Positions 10,001-19,208 of a DNA stretch of 64,000 nucleotides are shown here, piece after piece. The notes beneath the pieces are model-generated. The model was not told the DNA's origin. It saw nothing but the letters and a program-made list of their open reading frames with translations, and did no database searches. This stretch comes from a virus (lineage: Duplodnaviria > Caudoviricetes). Position 1 is the first letter of the stretch. The number at the start of each line of letters is the position of its first letter. The DNA is taken from positions 64,001 through 128,000 of IMG/VR virus record IMGVR_UViG_3300021387_000161; one strand, given 5' to 3'. The translations under genes and the position numbers were made by a program.

Positions 10001-12157
10001 ACTTATAACAGAAGCAGTAGTTATATAGCAAGGATTAGAATTAGAATTAGTAGAAGGTATATCTCTACTCCACCCATTTACGTTTGTAACTACAGAACCA
10101 TTTATAGATAAAGTTCCATCACTAAATTTATAAGTTGACGTTGTTGAAGGTTTTGTTACAGAAGTACCATTTGCTATTCTCTTATACAAATTTATTGTAG
10201 CATGATTTAATCCAGGATTTCCATCTTGACCATCTTTAACAAAAATAACAGGTTCAGACCATGCGAGTGTATCTGAAGTTGAAGTTCTACTTACAGCAAC
10301 CGCTGAAGATACCCAGCATTGTTCTGTTCCCTCAGGAATTTCTCTAGTCCAAGATCCTAACGAACCTACAATTTGTTTTGTACTAAAATTATAAGTAGTA
10401 CTAGTTGGAACATCAGAAGAAGATAAAGTAGAAGAAGTTCTTCTATATATATTTAAGGTTGCTTGATTATATCCATCTAAACCCTTTTCACCGTCTTGTG
10501 TCATAATAACCCAGTTAGTACCATTATAAATATAAACTTTATTATTAGATGTATTTCTATAACACCAATTTAATTCTGGGTTATCTGGTGCTGAAGAAGC
10601 TTCACCTTTCCATACTATAGAACTTCCATCTTCTCCTAATGCTTTAATACCTGTACTAGTTCCATCTATATACCAAAAATTATTTTGAATATATGGTGTT
10701 TTTCCATCTTTACCATTTTCAGCTAATATTCTAGGCGTGGTCCAACCACCATTTGGAGTAGTTCCACCGGGTATTGTATATTGTAAATCAGTGGATATAG
10801 CAAGCGCAGAAATAATATAAATAGGATTAGTACCTGAAGGAACTTGCTGAACCCAATTTCCTAATCCTTGCCCAGTAACCGCACCAGTTGAAAATGTATA
10901 AGTTAAATTTTGAGAAGGGGCTTGTGGTGTACTTGCTGCTCTTTGATACAAATAAACTATAGCAGATGTTTTACCATCTATTCCGTTACTTCCTGGATCT
11001 CCATCTTCTCCATTTTCTGATAATATTACAGGAGTTGACCAATCTTGATAAGTAATATTATCTGTATCAGTTTTACTATAAGCAATAGCTGAAGTTATAT
11101 ATAAAGGATCTGTTCCAGAAGGAACTCTATCATACCACCCATTTGGTAATGAAACTAATGATTTATCAGCGAAATCATACGTCAGTGTATTAGTCCAATC
11201 TATTACAGCTGTTGAAGAATTTCTTTGATATAAATAAACTATAGCAGTATTTCCACCATCGGAACCTTTTATTAAACTCCAATTATAATCTTGTGGTCTT
11301 GTTGAATCCGCTGAGGTAGAATCATAATAAACACCTATATAGGCTTTACCAGTACTTACAGATGTACTAAAATCTTGTGTTCCATCTGCACTGTTAGCCC
11401 AAGCTATATGGATATAAGAATTTGTTCCATCTTCACCTGGCTGACCTGGTTGGCCATCTTCACCATCTTCCCCGTCAACAATAGTTACAGTAGAATCTTG
11501 TGTACCATCTGAAAATACTATTGTAGTTGTACCATCAACTTTAGTGCTACTTTTTACATATATACTTTTACCATCTTGACCATCTGTTCCTATATATGAT
11601 TTTGATATAGCAACACTGCCGTCACTATAAGTTGTTTTTATCCATAACCAATCTCCTTTTGAAGTAACTGGTATATCTGTACCAAAACTACTATCTGGAG
11701 GTTGAGTATTTCCATCTCTATTAGTAGCATATTTTGTACTACTAACAGTTACAGATGACCCATTCTCTAATACACCAATAGAAATTATAGCTGCTTGATT
11801 AGTCATGCCACTATTAGTATATAATATACATTTAATAAATTTTGCCGAACTAGTAGGAACATAAGTTTTTGAAAGTTCTCCAGAGGAACTAGAAGTATAT
11901 TTATCTGTCCAATTTATACCATTTATAGATTCTTGTATTTTAAACCAACCAGTATACGCATTATAATTTCCATCACCAACTTTTTTATAACTATAAAAAG
12001 TTATATTTGCTGGATTTAATGTGGTTCCAGTTTTTATAATGCTACTAGTAGAAGATTCTATCATGTATAATACTGAAGAATTTTCAGCAGCAGAATTTAT
12101 ATTTGAATATAATAAATCATCTCTTGTAAAAGAAATACTTGCTTTTTTTCTCATCAA
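4073..12157 (-). CDS. Giant modular tail fibre
   Basis: 2694 aa; short collagen-like GxDG linkers; six repeats starting [N/T]xAxxxLYxR; repeated GDLW modules; C-terminal WKYRKWSSGRIECWG motif common at fibre tips. Confidence 0.85.
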   Translation of the reverse strand: MMRKKASISFTRDDLLYSNINSAAENSSVLYMIESSTSSIIKTGTTLNPANITFYSYKKVGDGNYNAYTGWFKIQESINGINWTDKYTSSSSGELSKTYVPTSSAKFIKCILYTNSGMTNQAAIISIGVLENGSSVTVSSTKYATNRDGNTQPPDSSFGTDIPVTSKGDWLWIKTTYSDGSVAISKSYIGTDGQDGKSIYVKSSTKVDGTTTIVFSDGTQDSTVTIVDGEDGEDGQPGQPGEDGTNSYIHIAWANSADGTQDFSTSVSTGKAYIGVYYDSTSADSTRPQDYNWSLIKGSDGGNTAIVYLYQRNSSTAVIDWTNTLTYDFADKSLVSLPNGWYDRVPSGTDPLYITSAIAYSKTDTDNITYQDWSTPVILSENGEDGDPGSNGIDGKTSAIVYLYQRAASTPQAPSQNLTYTFSTGAVTGQGLGNWVQQVPSGTNPIYIISALAISTDLQYTIPGGTTPNGGWTTPRILAENGKDGKTPYIQNNFWYIDGTSTGIKALGEDGSSIVWKGEASSAPDNPELNWCYRNTSNNKVYIYNGTNWVIMTQDGEKGLDGYNQATLNIYRRTSSTLSSSDVPTSTTYNFSTKQIVGSLGSWTREIPEGTEQCWVSSAVAVSRTSTSDTLAWSEPVIFVKDGQDGNPGLNHATINLYKRIANGTSVTKPSTTSTYKFSDGTLSINGSVVTNVNGWSRDIPSTNSNSNPCYITTASVISSDDEVNITSSNWATPVKLVENGQSATQYYTHIRYSANADGSNYDVSPSSSRPYIGVYNGIEQTAPAYNNSGWKWSRYLGTDGTSVTITSITYAVTTTETQPSEFPYTSAPEVPEGSWLWTKVLFSDNKTSITKTKSGVSGTNGLNQASITLYQRTASAPSLPSSDVTYRFEDGKFKVGSSTSYTDSVGNWVKTLPSINSSHPEYVGWVISASAISSEAEDTIASSEWSGPNKIIENGLNQAVVRVYKRSATTPTTSDKPTSTMTYTFSTGALSPDNSNGWTKEIPQVDGNPCWARSASVINTALTDTISTSDWGNAVKFVEDGKDGVSVNDVVNSYLATNLSTGVDKSTPGWTPTIQQITKDKPYLWNYETVLDENDNEISSTVPIIIGHFGVDGTNGTNGVDGNSITSIDEFYQTTRTTTNPGSSGWQKNTLVVPDATNKYLWNYQVIHYSKTADQGDSTKARIIGVYGDRGPQGYSPTIGNDGYWYINGSSTNVKAEGEDGKGIKSVTLLSTSGNDKTYRITFDDNSTFDYTVTDGEDGKTLWGTSSTSYSTATKVITCSEITSNSSLYEGLTIAIKFNTNSTTDTLKLQVGGSSAKDVYINNAIVSSTNKLVWTKTAIMTFMYDGTKWILMDQPITYSADCSTAGTPGGKDVIINGCIIRKGTSILCKFTNKHASTTNTTLGIKSASNDADISYYSIYSNGVQVNNANTWKDNQTVTLTFNGSYWQAGIYTDDSSLTSFISNQYNTFVSNTNSSISTINTSISGLQDSKIETYYQTDNPKNDWSTDEYSNHEGDIWYDSTSGVQKYYRWNGSAWQEITATPPSAVMNTVNGKATIFTGAQTPSNARKGDLWFKSVNDPILTYVNGSWTQYNNYTNDSAFISFRDGTYAQFVTSTNSTLGQKITTFYDSDIPTATAKGDLWIDTGNDNTLKRWDGTSWEPVRDAGIQSALTAASNAQSTADRKIMTYVNTYNNRPTTGLDTGDLFIATDKDNEMYRWNGSSWISVADTSLSSWITSNYNVDISNLQSQLDNKAETWYQSSAPSGTNYSIWNTDEKRRIHHGDLWYNTTDNTTWYFQYTNSSTYDWIQQNVPNAVFNKIDGKKDIYYTTGSTTPTPPYKEGDLWSNGVDIKICITTKSSGDYVATDWTLASNYIDLNKATNASQIVLNTWVNGDFQDILDDIEDGIIDAKIETWYQSADPSSSWNTNEVKAQHVGDLWYYTGTTTANFKQNATYRWSDNYTWQQQNVPKEVFDQIDGKKDIHYTNNSPITPPYNEGDLWSNGVDLRICINSKTTGQSYSASDWVLASTAAQRVRSRTEYALVSSSITSASDIPASTTWTTDMPEVSSFGTNSSVKLWVREGTCIATGGSVTWNYSTPSKANTFNGLSLFTNTVANSGYTSINGSTITTGKIQSYETGNTHKNFIQLTDDPDNNNIKAGHLEFKNGVDWQHSSQGIQWDSKNSNLNIKGHITAKSLTIDGAGGSYNAYDAINISGYNIEITTEPATAISSNNVYLYPHLYHNGVEVFYVLTSDTTAQSGKTYYYYNSTTSTYVAYTTAPQNPKSSNAYESIDYTKFHWYRNNSSSYETGDTGNTGRGRLLCVFTDKIKVTYTFDDGASDGGMTAMEVTVDDSKYITRIDNNSIKIHAENTSGNSITLNSSGANLASGKYLINGSDWAVALSDKYTRSSAGDLNWSSTTEGNAKVIAKSALAFWNGAYSGTSSNLSKCSTGNIIGSNGGTMTGQLKTSFKQSVAMGSYGSSQSTIEGLVGEVRYSSGCSGSANIGTAYTLGGVTIPTGWYNFSWMPHRSGGVNGASSGDNCNYGNLLLFGMNNTNGRFIIMVSSGSIQEVSKIITTIEDKDYVTATGSDGIWKYRKWSSGRIECWGEKTWTDVACTTQLNSTDKLGYRSADQSVTLPSGLFSTIESCQATMKGSSGSGYAMALRTLCTTTTISQMFWNSGSATKNNCIVDYYITGI

Positions 12158-12167
12158 TTAGTTCCTT

Positions 12168-13934
12168 CTAATAAGTGTAATAACAGTTTATATTTATTGA
12201 ATAGTGAAATGAACTGAAATTTATAGTTACAGATTTACCACTATTCGCTATCAAAATCTCTTCTCCATAAGTATTACTTGAAGTATTTGTATCTATCATA
12301 TACCATGAAAATGCTGAATCTGAACAAGAATTTGTAATATCTACATTATTCTCATATACGTGTATATAAAATGTAACTGTAGAATTTGTTGAGTTAACAG
12401 AAGAAGTTAATTCTGTGTATATAGAATCAGGTAATAAACTACTGTCTATTATAGAATTAGCATTTATACTTCCTGTTATGGATAATGAACTACCGTCCCA
12501 TACAATGCCTTGATTTGTAGTTGGATTTGTATAAGAAAAAGTTCCATTACCCAGATTTATGTAGGAATTTCTATTAGAACTATAAATATTGTCAGTGGTT
12601 AATTGCTGTGCAGTAATTGTACCAGTTTCTATACGACCACCATAAATTAATGTTTCATCTCCAGGAGTTAATAAACTACTTTTAAATCTAGCTAATGCAT
12701 CAATAGCTAATTCTCCACTAACATCATATGTTAATACAGTACCAATAGCTGGTTCATCTGGTAATGAATTTGCTGTTGCCCTAATAGTTAATCTTCCATA
12801 ACTATCATCTGAAGTATCTTCAGGATCTTCTCCTGTATTTCTAACTGTTATATATAAGATGTTTCCAGCTTGAATTTCACCGTTATAACCATTTAATAAA
12901 TCTCTGGACCAAATTCCTGAATACCCTTGTTGACAATAAATTCCTACTTCTGCTTCTGTCCAAGCAACATCTTTATAAAATATTGATGTAGTTGTTATGC
13001 CTATCTCTGCATCTATTTCATCTTTTAAGTTTAATAATCTTTCATTTATATCTAAATCTATGGTTGTTTTTAATTCAGATAAATAATTTTTTAATGAAGT
13101 ATTAAACGAGACCCAATGATAATGTGATGGTATTAAAGAAGGAGAAGGATCTGTGGAAACATTTATGCCTAAATACTCTCCTTGAGTAGAACCTAAAGTA
13201 TCTTTATCTGTAGTTAATGAAACATGTAAAGTATCTAAGTATTCTTTTGAAATATATAATTTATAATCTAAATAAAGATCACCACTTATCTGTGAACTAT
13301 TTGTTATAGGGATAGTAGATAAATTTTCATCTTTATTTACTTTTTTTATTACATTTCCATCAGAATCAAAAACAGTTAATTCTTTATTTATAGTAGAAGT
13401 TATATCTACATTATTATCATCTATTATCGACCAATTTATAACTCTACAAGTCTTATCAATTTGTATACCTTTTATATCTTGATCTTCATCATAATATGGT
13501 CTACAAAATATATTACCGTCTTCAGATGATTCATAATACTTATTAGAGAATAAACTAGTAAATGTTAACCCATTGTCATTAGAATATTTTACATGAGTAT
13601 ATACATTTGTATTATTTATTTTTTCTATATTATCTCTAATGGAAGTTAATGAAGAATCTACATTTCCAACAGAAATATCTGAATCACTAGTTTGATCTCT
13701 ATATAATAATCCTAGTATGATAGGTTTACTTAATTCACCATTTTCGAATGAAATTAATACAACATCATTTACACTATATGCAATATCTATTCCTGGTATG
13801 GTACATACAATACCAGAAGCTAAATCATCTGTTTTTACACTATACGTAGCTGATTGTATTTTATCATATTTCGGTATTCTAACCTTATAATTATATTTAT
13901 CTATAACTTGTGCTATTATACCTTTTTGAATCAT
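12168..13934 (-). CDS. Central spike protein (gpV/gp5-type OB-fold N-terminus) with fibre-like C-terminal extension
   Basis: N-terminus KGIIAQV...KVRIP...YSVNDVVLISFENGELSKPIILG matches the spike OB-fold; directly downstream of the hub genes. Confidence 0.7.
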   Translation of the reverse strand: MIQKGIIAQVIDKYNYKVRIPKYDKIQSATYSVKTDDLASGIVCTIPGIDIAYSVNDVVLISFENGELSKPIILGLLYRDQTSDSDISVGNVDSSLTSIRDNIEKINNTNVYTHVKYSNDNGLTFTSLFSNKYYESSEDGNIFCRPYYDEDQDIKGIQIDKTCRVINWSIIDDNNVDITSTINKELTVFDSDGNVIKKVNKDENLSTIPITNSSQISGDLYLDYKLYISKEYLDTLHVSLTTDKDTLGSTQGEYLGINVSTDPSPSLIPSHYHWVSFNTSLKNYLSELKTTIDLDINERLLNLKDEIDAEIGITTTSIFYKDVAWTEAEVGIYCQQGYSGIWSRDLLNGYNGEIQAGNILYITVRNTGEDPEDTSDDSYGRLTIRATANSLPDEPAIGTVLTYDVSGELAIDALARFKSSLLTPGDETLIYGGRIETGTITAQQLTTDNIYSSNRNSYINLGNGTFSYTNPTTNQGIVWDGSSLSITGSINANSIIDSSLLPDSIYTELTSSVNSTNSTVTFYIHVYENNVDITNSCSDSAFSWYMIDTNTSSNTYGEEILIANSGKSVTINFSSFHYSININCYYTY

Positions 13935-13942
13935 TTATTTTC

Positions 13943-16693
13943 CTAAGTTACAACTCTTCCATCTATAGTTATATATTGATCATCACCAGCAACTCTTAAT
14001 AGACTTAACTTTGTTCTAAATCCATTTCCTGATAATGAATCTTCTTGTCCAGTTACTATGTATACACCGGAAGAATTTCTTTTCTGACCAAAGTAAAAAA
14101 CATTTACTTTTATATAATTTAGCAATAATGTATATGTAGTTAGACCTTTTACTTCTAACGTAGCTTTCACTGGAAATTCAGTAACATTAGTCCACCAATT
14201 TTTATCCGTTGTATTAGCACCTTTAGTACTAGCAATGGATTTTATATTAGAAGTTAATTGTTTTGAAGAAACTTTTCCAGCGTTGTCTATATCATAATCG
14301 TATGTTGTAAATCCACCAGCATATTCATACGCCAATGGCCAATTAAAATCTGTATCTACTGAAAAATTATATACTAAAGAATTTTCGTCTGGATAATTAA
14401 TATCTACTTCATACATAAATGGAAAAGCAGATGCTGATAAATTTGTTTTTATTTGTTTTATTCTAAAGTAAGATTCATTTCTTGAATTATCATCTATATT
14501 CATATAATATATAGAATCATTAAGTTTATTATCTTTACTAGTAATTGGAGTCATATATGAAACTAGTTTATTCATATAGTTTAATGGAGTAGTATTTGTT
14601 ACTGCATCGATATATACTTCCATATCATTAGAAGGAATTAGATTATTTGAATTTACAAATGACCTATTAGCCATTCCAGGAAAATAATCTAATAGTTCTC
14701 CAGTATCATATAACATTTTATTTATAATAGTACTTGGTTTAGCTGTTACTGAAGAATAATTTCTTCTATTTATAGAAGACATAATAGAAGAACTAGTTGC
14801 TTGTAATGTATAGTTAATTCTATTATTAAAAAAATCAAAATTACTTTTAGCATTTACTAATAAAGCATTTATATCTCTATAAGCAACGCCGGCTTCTGAG
14901 TCACCGTATTCTATCTGAATTTTATTATACCCATTTTGTGATATTAAATTATCTATATAATTTGGATTATCACCTGGATAAATTTGGTGAGTTAAATTTA
15001 TTGTATATTCATTTAAAGAACCATTTGTCTTAACAGTATTAATACTATTTAAATAATTTGGATAATTTTTATTTGTATAAGATCCAATAGTCACACCACC
15101 TAAAGTTATTTTTCCGTAAGGTGCTTCTACATAATTTACAGTACAAGGTAAATATGATCCAGATATGTTGCCGTTAACTTTTGTCTGTGGTTTTTTAAAG
15201 TTAGAAGCAGACTGAATATTAGGTAAAATTATATCTGGAATTACTGCTGGTTTTTCTATACTAGAAACATTTATACTTGATAAAAATTGCTTTGTTGCTT
15301 GCTGTCTTGCCCTTAAAGCTTTTTGTTCTTCTGTTTCTTCTTGATCTTCAAGATATTTATAATTATCTGACGAATATAACTGCTCTGGATGAACTTCTAG
15401 AATTAACTCATCAGCAGATGCATATTCACCATCAGCTGAACCGTCTAAACTATATTCTCCTCCAGGCCAATTAGGTCTCGCTATTCCTCCTACGGAACCA
15501 CCATAAAATACTATAAGATCACCGGCTGCTGTTCCTGATGGGACATTAATAGTTCTAGAGCCTACTTTATCACTGTAGTTTCCCTCAACTGTGGTTGCTT
15601 TTCCATTCTTAACAGAAGCGACTATGCCAACATGAGTAGTCGGCCCTCTTGAGGCTTTTTTAATCCACTTCCCACCTTTTCCTACTGCGTCTGCAGCTAC
15701 TAAATAGGCATTAGCGTTTTTAGGTATTATATTATTATTTCCAAATGCTTTATGACAACACCAAGAAACAAATATTGCACACCAAGCAACACCATTACTT
15801 CCAAACCATTCACCATATTTCTGTCTATTAGTTCCAGATTCTTTTGTTCCTATTTCTTTCTTTGCTACTTCTACAAATTTTTGAGCCGCAGTACCTTTAG
15901 TTCCACCACCGCTAGTAGGGGAAGCTGAGCCACCAGAGCCTAAATCTTTATACGTAGGAGCCCAGTCTGTAAAATGAATTGATCTTCTCTGATTAGCTGT
16001 TAGATATATAAAATTACCATTATAATCAAATCCAGCAGATTCAGTTTCTGAATAAGTTACTTTTACTGTACCTATATAAGCTCCGGTTGTATGCTTGTAC
16101 AGATCTATTATACCATGACTACTATAAAATTGTAGTTTATATATTATACCATTGTAACCGGCTACATCTTGACCTTGACCACCAGCACCTGCAGCTTTTC
16201 TAAAATGTTTATAAGATCTTTTACCAGAGCTTTTTGTAAACTCTGAATATGAAAATATATATATATTTTTCCCACTTGTACAATAAAATTTATTTACTGA
16301 TTTATCATAAGCTACTCCAGAAACACCTACTGGCAGATTAAATGTTCTTTGTTGCTTAAAATTTTGATTTAATACAACTATTTGTTTTCTTTGGCTTCCA
16401 TTATTATATCCAGTACAATAAATCATACCATCTTTATCACAATAGGTAGCACCATTGCAGTGCCCTAAACTATGATTAACTGTATCTGAGCCCTTTATAT
16501 ACCCATTCTTCTTTGTGTATTTTCTACAATGAGCAGTATGTCCAGAATTATATTGGTTATGAAATACAGCTACCACCGATCCTGGAAGCACGCACATGGA
16601 CTGCGGAGTACCTGGATTTCCCCCGCCTGGTAGTTTTATATTTTTTATTCCTTTATTAGAAGCTGTAAATGTTTTAATATATTTTCTACCCAA
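13943..16693 (-). CDS. Baseplate hub paralogue 3: beta-propeller + CHAP amidase + hub domain
   Basis: Propeller-like blades (PQSMCV, GHCNGATY, GVAYD, GQDVAG, ESAGFD); CHAP motifs WCAIFVSWC / HVGIV / EGN; C-terminal ~400 aa shared with the two upstream genes. Confidence 0.75.
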   Translation of the reverse strand: MGRKYIKTFTASNKGIKNIKLPGGGNPGTPQSMCVLPGSVVAVFHNQYNSGHTAHCRKYTKKNGYIKGSDTVNHSLGHCNGATYCDKDGMIYCTGYNNGSQRKQIVVLNQNFKQQRTFNLPVGVSGVAYDKSVNKFYCTSGKNIYIFSYSEFTKSSGKRSYKHFRKAAGAGGQGQDVAGYNGIIYKLQFYSSHGIIDLYKHTTGAYIGTVKVTYSETESAGFDYNGNFIYLTANQRRSIHFTDWAPTYKDLGSGGSASPTSGGGTKGTAAQKFVEVAKKEIGTKESGTNRQKYGEWFGSNGVAWCAIFVSWCCHKAFGNNNIIPKNANAYLVAADAVGKGGKWIKKASRGPTTHVGIVASVKNGKATTVEGNYSDKVGSRTINVPSGTAAGDLIVFYGGSVGGIARPNWPGGEYSLDGSADGEYASADELILEVHPEQLYSSDNYKYLEDQEETEEQKALRARQQATKQFLSSINVSSIEKPAVIPDIILPNIQSASNFKKPQTKVNGNISGSYLPCTVNYVEAPYGKITLGGVTIGSYTNKNYPNYLNSINTVKTNGSLNEYTINLTHQIYPGDNPNYIDNLISQNGYNKIQIEYGDSEAGVAYRDINALLVNAKSNFDFFNNRINYTLQATSSSIMSSINRRNYSSVTAKPSTIINKMLYDTGELLDYFPGMANRSFVNSNNLIPSNDMEVYIDAVTNTTPLNYMNKLVSYMTPITSKDNKLNDSIYYMNIDDNSRNESYFRIKQIKTNLSASAFPFMYEVDINYPDENSLVYNFSVDTDFNWPLAYEYAGGFTTYDYDIDNAGKVSSKQLTSNIKSIASTKGANTTDKNWWTNVTEFPVKATLEVKGLTTYTLLLNYIKVNVFYFGQKRNSSGVYIVTGQEDSLSGNGFRTKLSLLRVAGDDQYITIDGRVVT

Positions 16694-16694
16694 T

Positions 16695-19208
16695 TTAATT
16701 TCCTACTCTAAGTAAAGTTAGTGTAGTGGTATAACCAGAACCAGATATAGAATCAGTTTGATCAGTAACTACATATACACCACTAGCTATATCTTTTTGA
16801 CCATAAAATAAAGTATTAACTCTTATATATGTCATAAGCATGGTTGGGACGGTTAATCCCTTTAATGTTAATTTTGCAGATATAGGGAATTCAGTTAATG
16901 ATTTCCACCAATTAGAATTTATAATACTTTCTGTTAAAAACTTATTATCACTATGTAATGAGTTACTTTTTGATGATAAAACATTTCCGTTATTATCTAT
17001 TGAATAATTCCATCTTGGTATTTTATCATTATACTCATATACTAAAGGCCAATACATATTATCACATAATTGGAAATTAGTTACAAAATTATCTCCTGGA
17101 TAACCTACATCTACTTCATATAATACATTAGTAGAAGTCATACCAGAAATTTCAGAAACTTTAAATAACGCGCCATTAGGACTATTATCATAAGTTAAAA
17201 AGTAACTTGAAGTTTTAACATCATTAGTCATGCAACTAACAGCATGTCCTAAATAAGTTAGAGGCGTTGTATTAGTCATACCACCTATAGTAACTACTGC
17301 ATCATTAACTGGAATTAAATTATTAGAAGTTACATAAGATCTATCTGCCATTGCTGGAAAAGCTGTGGTTAATTGTTTACTTATCATACCTTTATTATAC
17401 AGTAAATCATTTATGACTGTTGAAGGTTTCCCAGTTACTTCTTTAAAATTAAAATAAGACTGATTAGAACTTACAACAGATGATATTGCTTGTATTGTGT
17501 AAGATATAGAAGAAGAGGATACACTATCATTCGATTTAACATCTGTTATAACAGCATCTTCTTCCTTAAAAATAAGTCCTGGACTTGAGCAATCACCATA
17601 TTTTATCTTCAATGGATTTAAATAACCAGTGTAACTTACTAAGGAATCTATAAAATTAGGATCTTCTCCTGGTCGTATTTGATAATTTAAATTTATAGTA
17701 TAATAAGTTATCTTACCATTTATTTTCTGAACTGACATAGAAGTTATATAATTAGGAAATTTATCTCCTGTATTACCATATCCTCCTATAGTCACACCAT
17801 TAAAATTTAATTCTATATAAGGAGCCTCTACTAAACTTGGATAAGAAGTTAATGAAGCAGTACCAGATTTTCCTGAGAATAAACTTGGCTTGAATACAAA
17901 ATTTGACGAAGCTACTACATTAGTACCAGTTACTTGTACGTCAGTAGGGATTATACTGGAACCAGAAGATAAATTAACTGACATATTAGTTAAAAATGAT
18001 TTAAGCTCTTCGTTATGTGCTTTTCTAGCTTTCTCTTCTTCCGATTCTACTTCTTCTTGTTCAAACCATTTATACTTTTCAGAAGAAAATAATTGATCTA
18101 TTGTAGTAAGAACTATAGCTCCACCAGAATCAACACCCATTATGGCTTCACCATCTTCTCCTACAACACCACCTCCATCTATTGGATATGATCCACCCGG
18201 GAACTTCGGTCTAGCTACTCTATATATTGCTGATATATCTCTAGTTCCTGATACAACTCTATCTGTAGATGGTCCAGCATTTCCTTCAATAGTATATAAT
18301 GTTTTACCTTTAACTTTTTCTATTATACCTACATGGTCAGCTAATCCATTATGATTAGGATCTGTAGTAAATATATCTCCAGGTTTACATTTTGCAGCAT
18401 TCTGCTCATTCTTTGCAAAACTTCCTTTGAGTACCCAACTTCCACCACATTTAGTTACTGTATATTCTTGAAGATAATGTGCCATAGCAGAAGTTTTTGG
18501 AATTGCTTTATTATTCCCGAATGTTTTATTTGCACACCAGGCAACGAACATAGCACACCATGATTCTCCATCCATACCAAACCATTTTCCATATTTTACA
18601 TGGTTGTTTCCTGTCTCCTTTGTACCAACTTCTTTTTTAGCAGTAGCAACAAATGCTTGAGCGCCTGTACCCATTTTAGTAGTTGCTGAAGTTGTTTTTG
18701 CATTTGCTGAATTACCACTAGAAGGATTTGAAGCACCCCCAACATAAACCCAGGCATGTCCTCTAGACCCATTTTTTCTAACCATAATATCACCGGGTTT
18801 TATACTAGAGCTATCTGCATGAAATGCCATCTTTTTTAATTTACCATTTAAGGTTAAAGCATACATGTAAGTATCGTATGATGCACATCTAACAGCAGAA
18901 ACACCTGCATATTTGCAGATTGCAGTTACTAATCCTGTACAATCTACTGGGACTGATTTTGCCTTGGCACCAGGTCTTCTTAATTTATTTATCTCACCTT
19001 CTTTTACTTTTTTTACCCAGGTAACATTTTTATTTCTATAAAAATATGCTTGACGACCTTCATAAGCTGCAAATGCACCTTTTAAGATAGCATTCTTTAC
19101 TTTCTCAGAAGTTGGTCTAAATACAAAAGCTCTATTAAGTTGTTTCCCATATTGTCTATGTCTGCAACCTTTTCCGGTCATATCAATGACCATTATCTTC
19201 TTGCCCAT
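16695..19208 (-). CDS. Baseplate hub paralogue 2: NlpC/P60 + CHAP + hub domain
   Basis: DCTGLV...PGDIMV...GHAWVYVG (NlpC/P60 Cys/His); WCAMFVAWC...PGDI...HVGII...IEGN (CHAP); shared C-terminal domain. Confidence 0.78.
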   Translation of the reverse strand: MGKKIMVIDMTGKGCRHRQYGKQLNRAFVFRPTSEKVKNAILKGAFAAYEGRQAYFYRNKNVTWVKKVKEGEINKLRRPGAKAKSVPVDCTGLVTAICKYAGVSAVRCASYDTYMYALTLNGKLKKMAFHADSSSIKPGDIMVRKNGSRGHAWVYVGGASNPSSGNSANAKTTSATTKMGTGAQAFVATAKKEVGTKETGNNHVKYGKWFGMDGESWCAMFVAWCANKTFGNNKAIPKTSAMAHYLQEYTVTKCGGSWVLKGSFAKNEQNAAKCKPGDIFTTDPNHNGLADHVGIIEKVKGKTLYTIEGNAGPSTDRVVSGTRDISAIYRVARPKFPGGSYPIDGGGVVGEDGEAIMGVDSGGAIVLTTIDQLFSSEKYKWFEQEEVESEEEKARKAHNEELKSFLTNMSVNLSSGSSIIPTDVQVTGTNVVASSNFVFKPSLFSGKSGTASLTSYPSLVEAPYIELNFNGVTIGGYGNTGDKFPNYITSMSVQKINGKITYYTINLNYQIRPGEDPNFIDSLVSYTGYLNPLKIKYGDCSSPGLIFKEEDAVITDVKSNDSVSSSSISYTIQAISSVVSSNQSYFNFKEVTGKPSTVINDLLYNKGMISKQLTTAFPAMADRSYVTSNNLIPVNDAVVTIGGMTNTTPLTYLGHAVSCMTNDVKTSSYFLTYDNSPNGALFKVSEISGMTSTNVLYEVDVGYPGDNFVTNFQLCDNMYWPLVYEYNDKIPRWNYSIDNNGNVLSSKSNSLHSDNKFLTESIINSNWWKSLTEFPISAKLTLKGLTVPTMLMTYIRVNTLFYGQKDIASGVYVVTDQTDSISGSGYTTTLTLLRVGN

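Noticed and set aside
2498-12157. Diversity-generating retroelement or invertible tail-fibre cassette
   Set aside because: No reverse transcriptase or recombinase, and no near-identical template/variable repeat pair or inverted crossover sites noticed in this window
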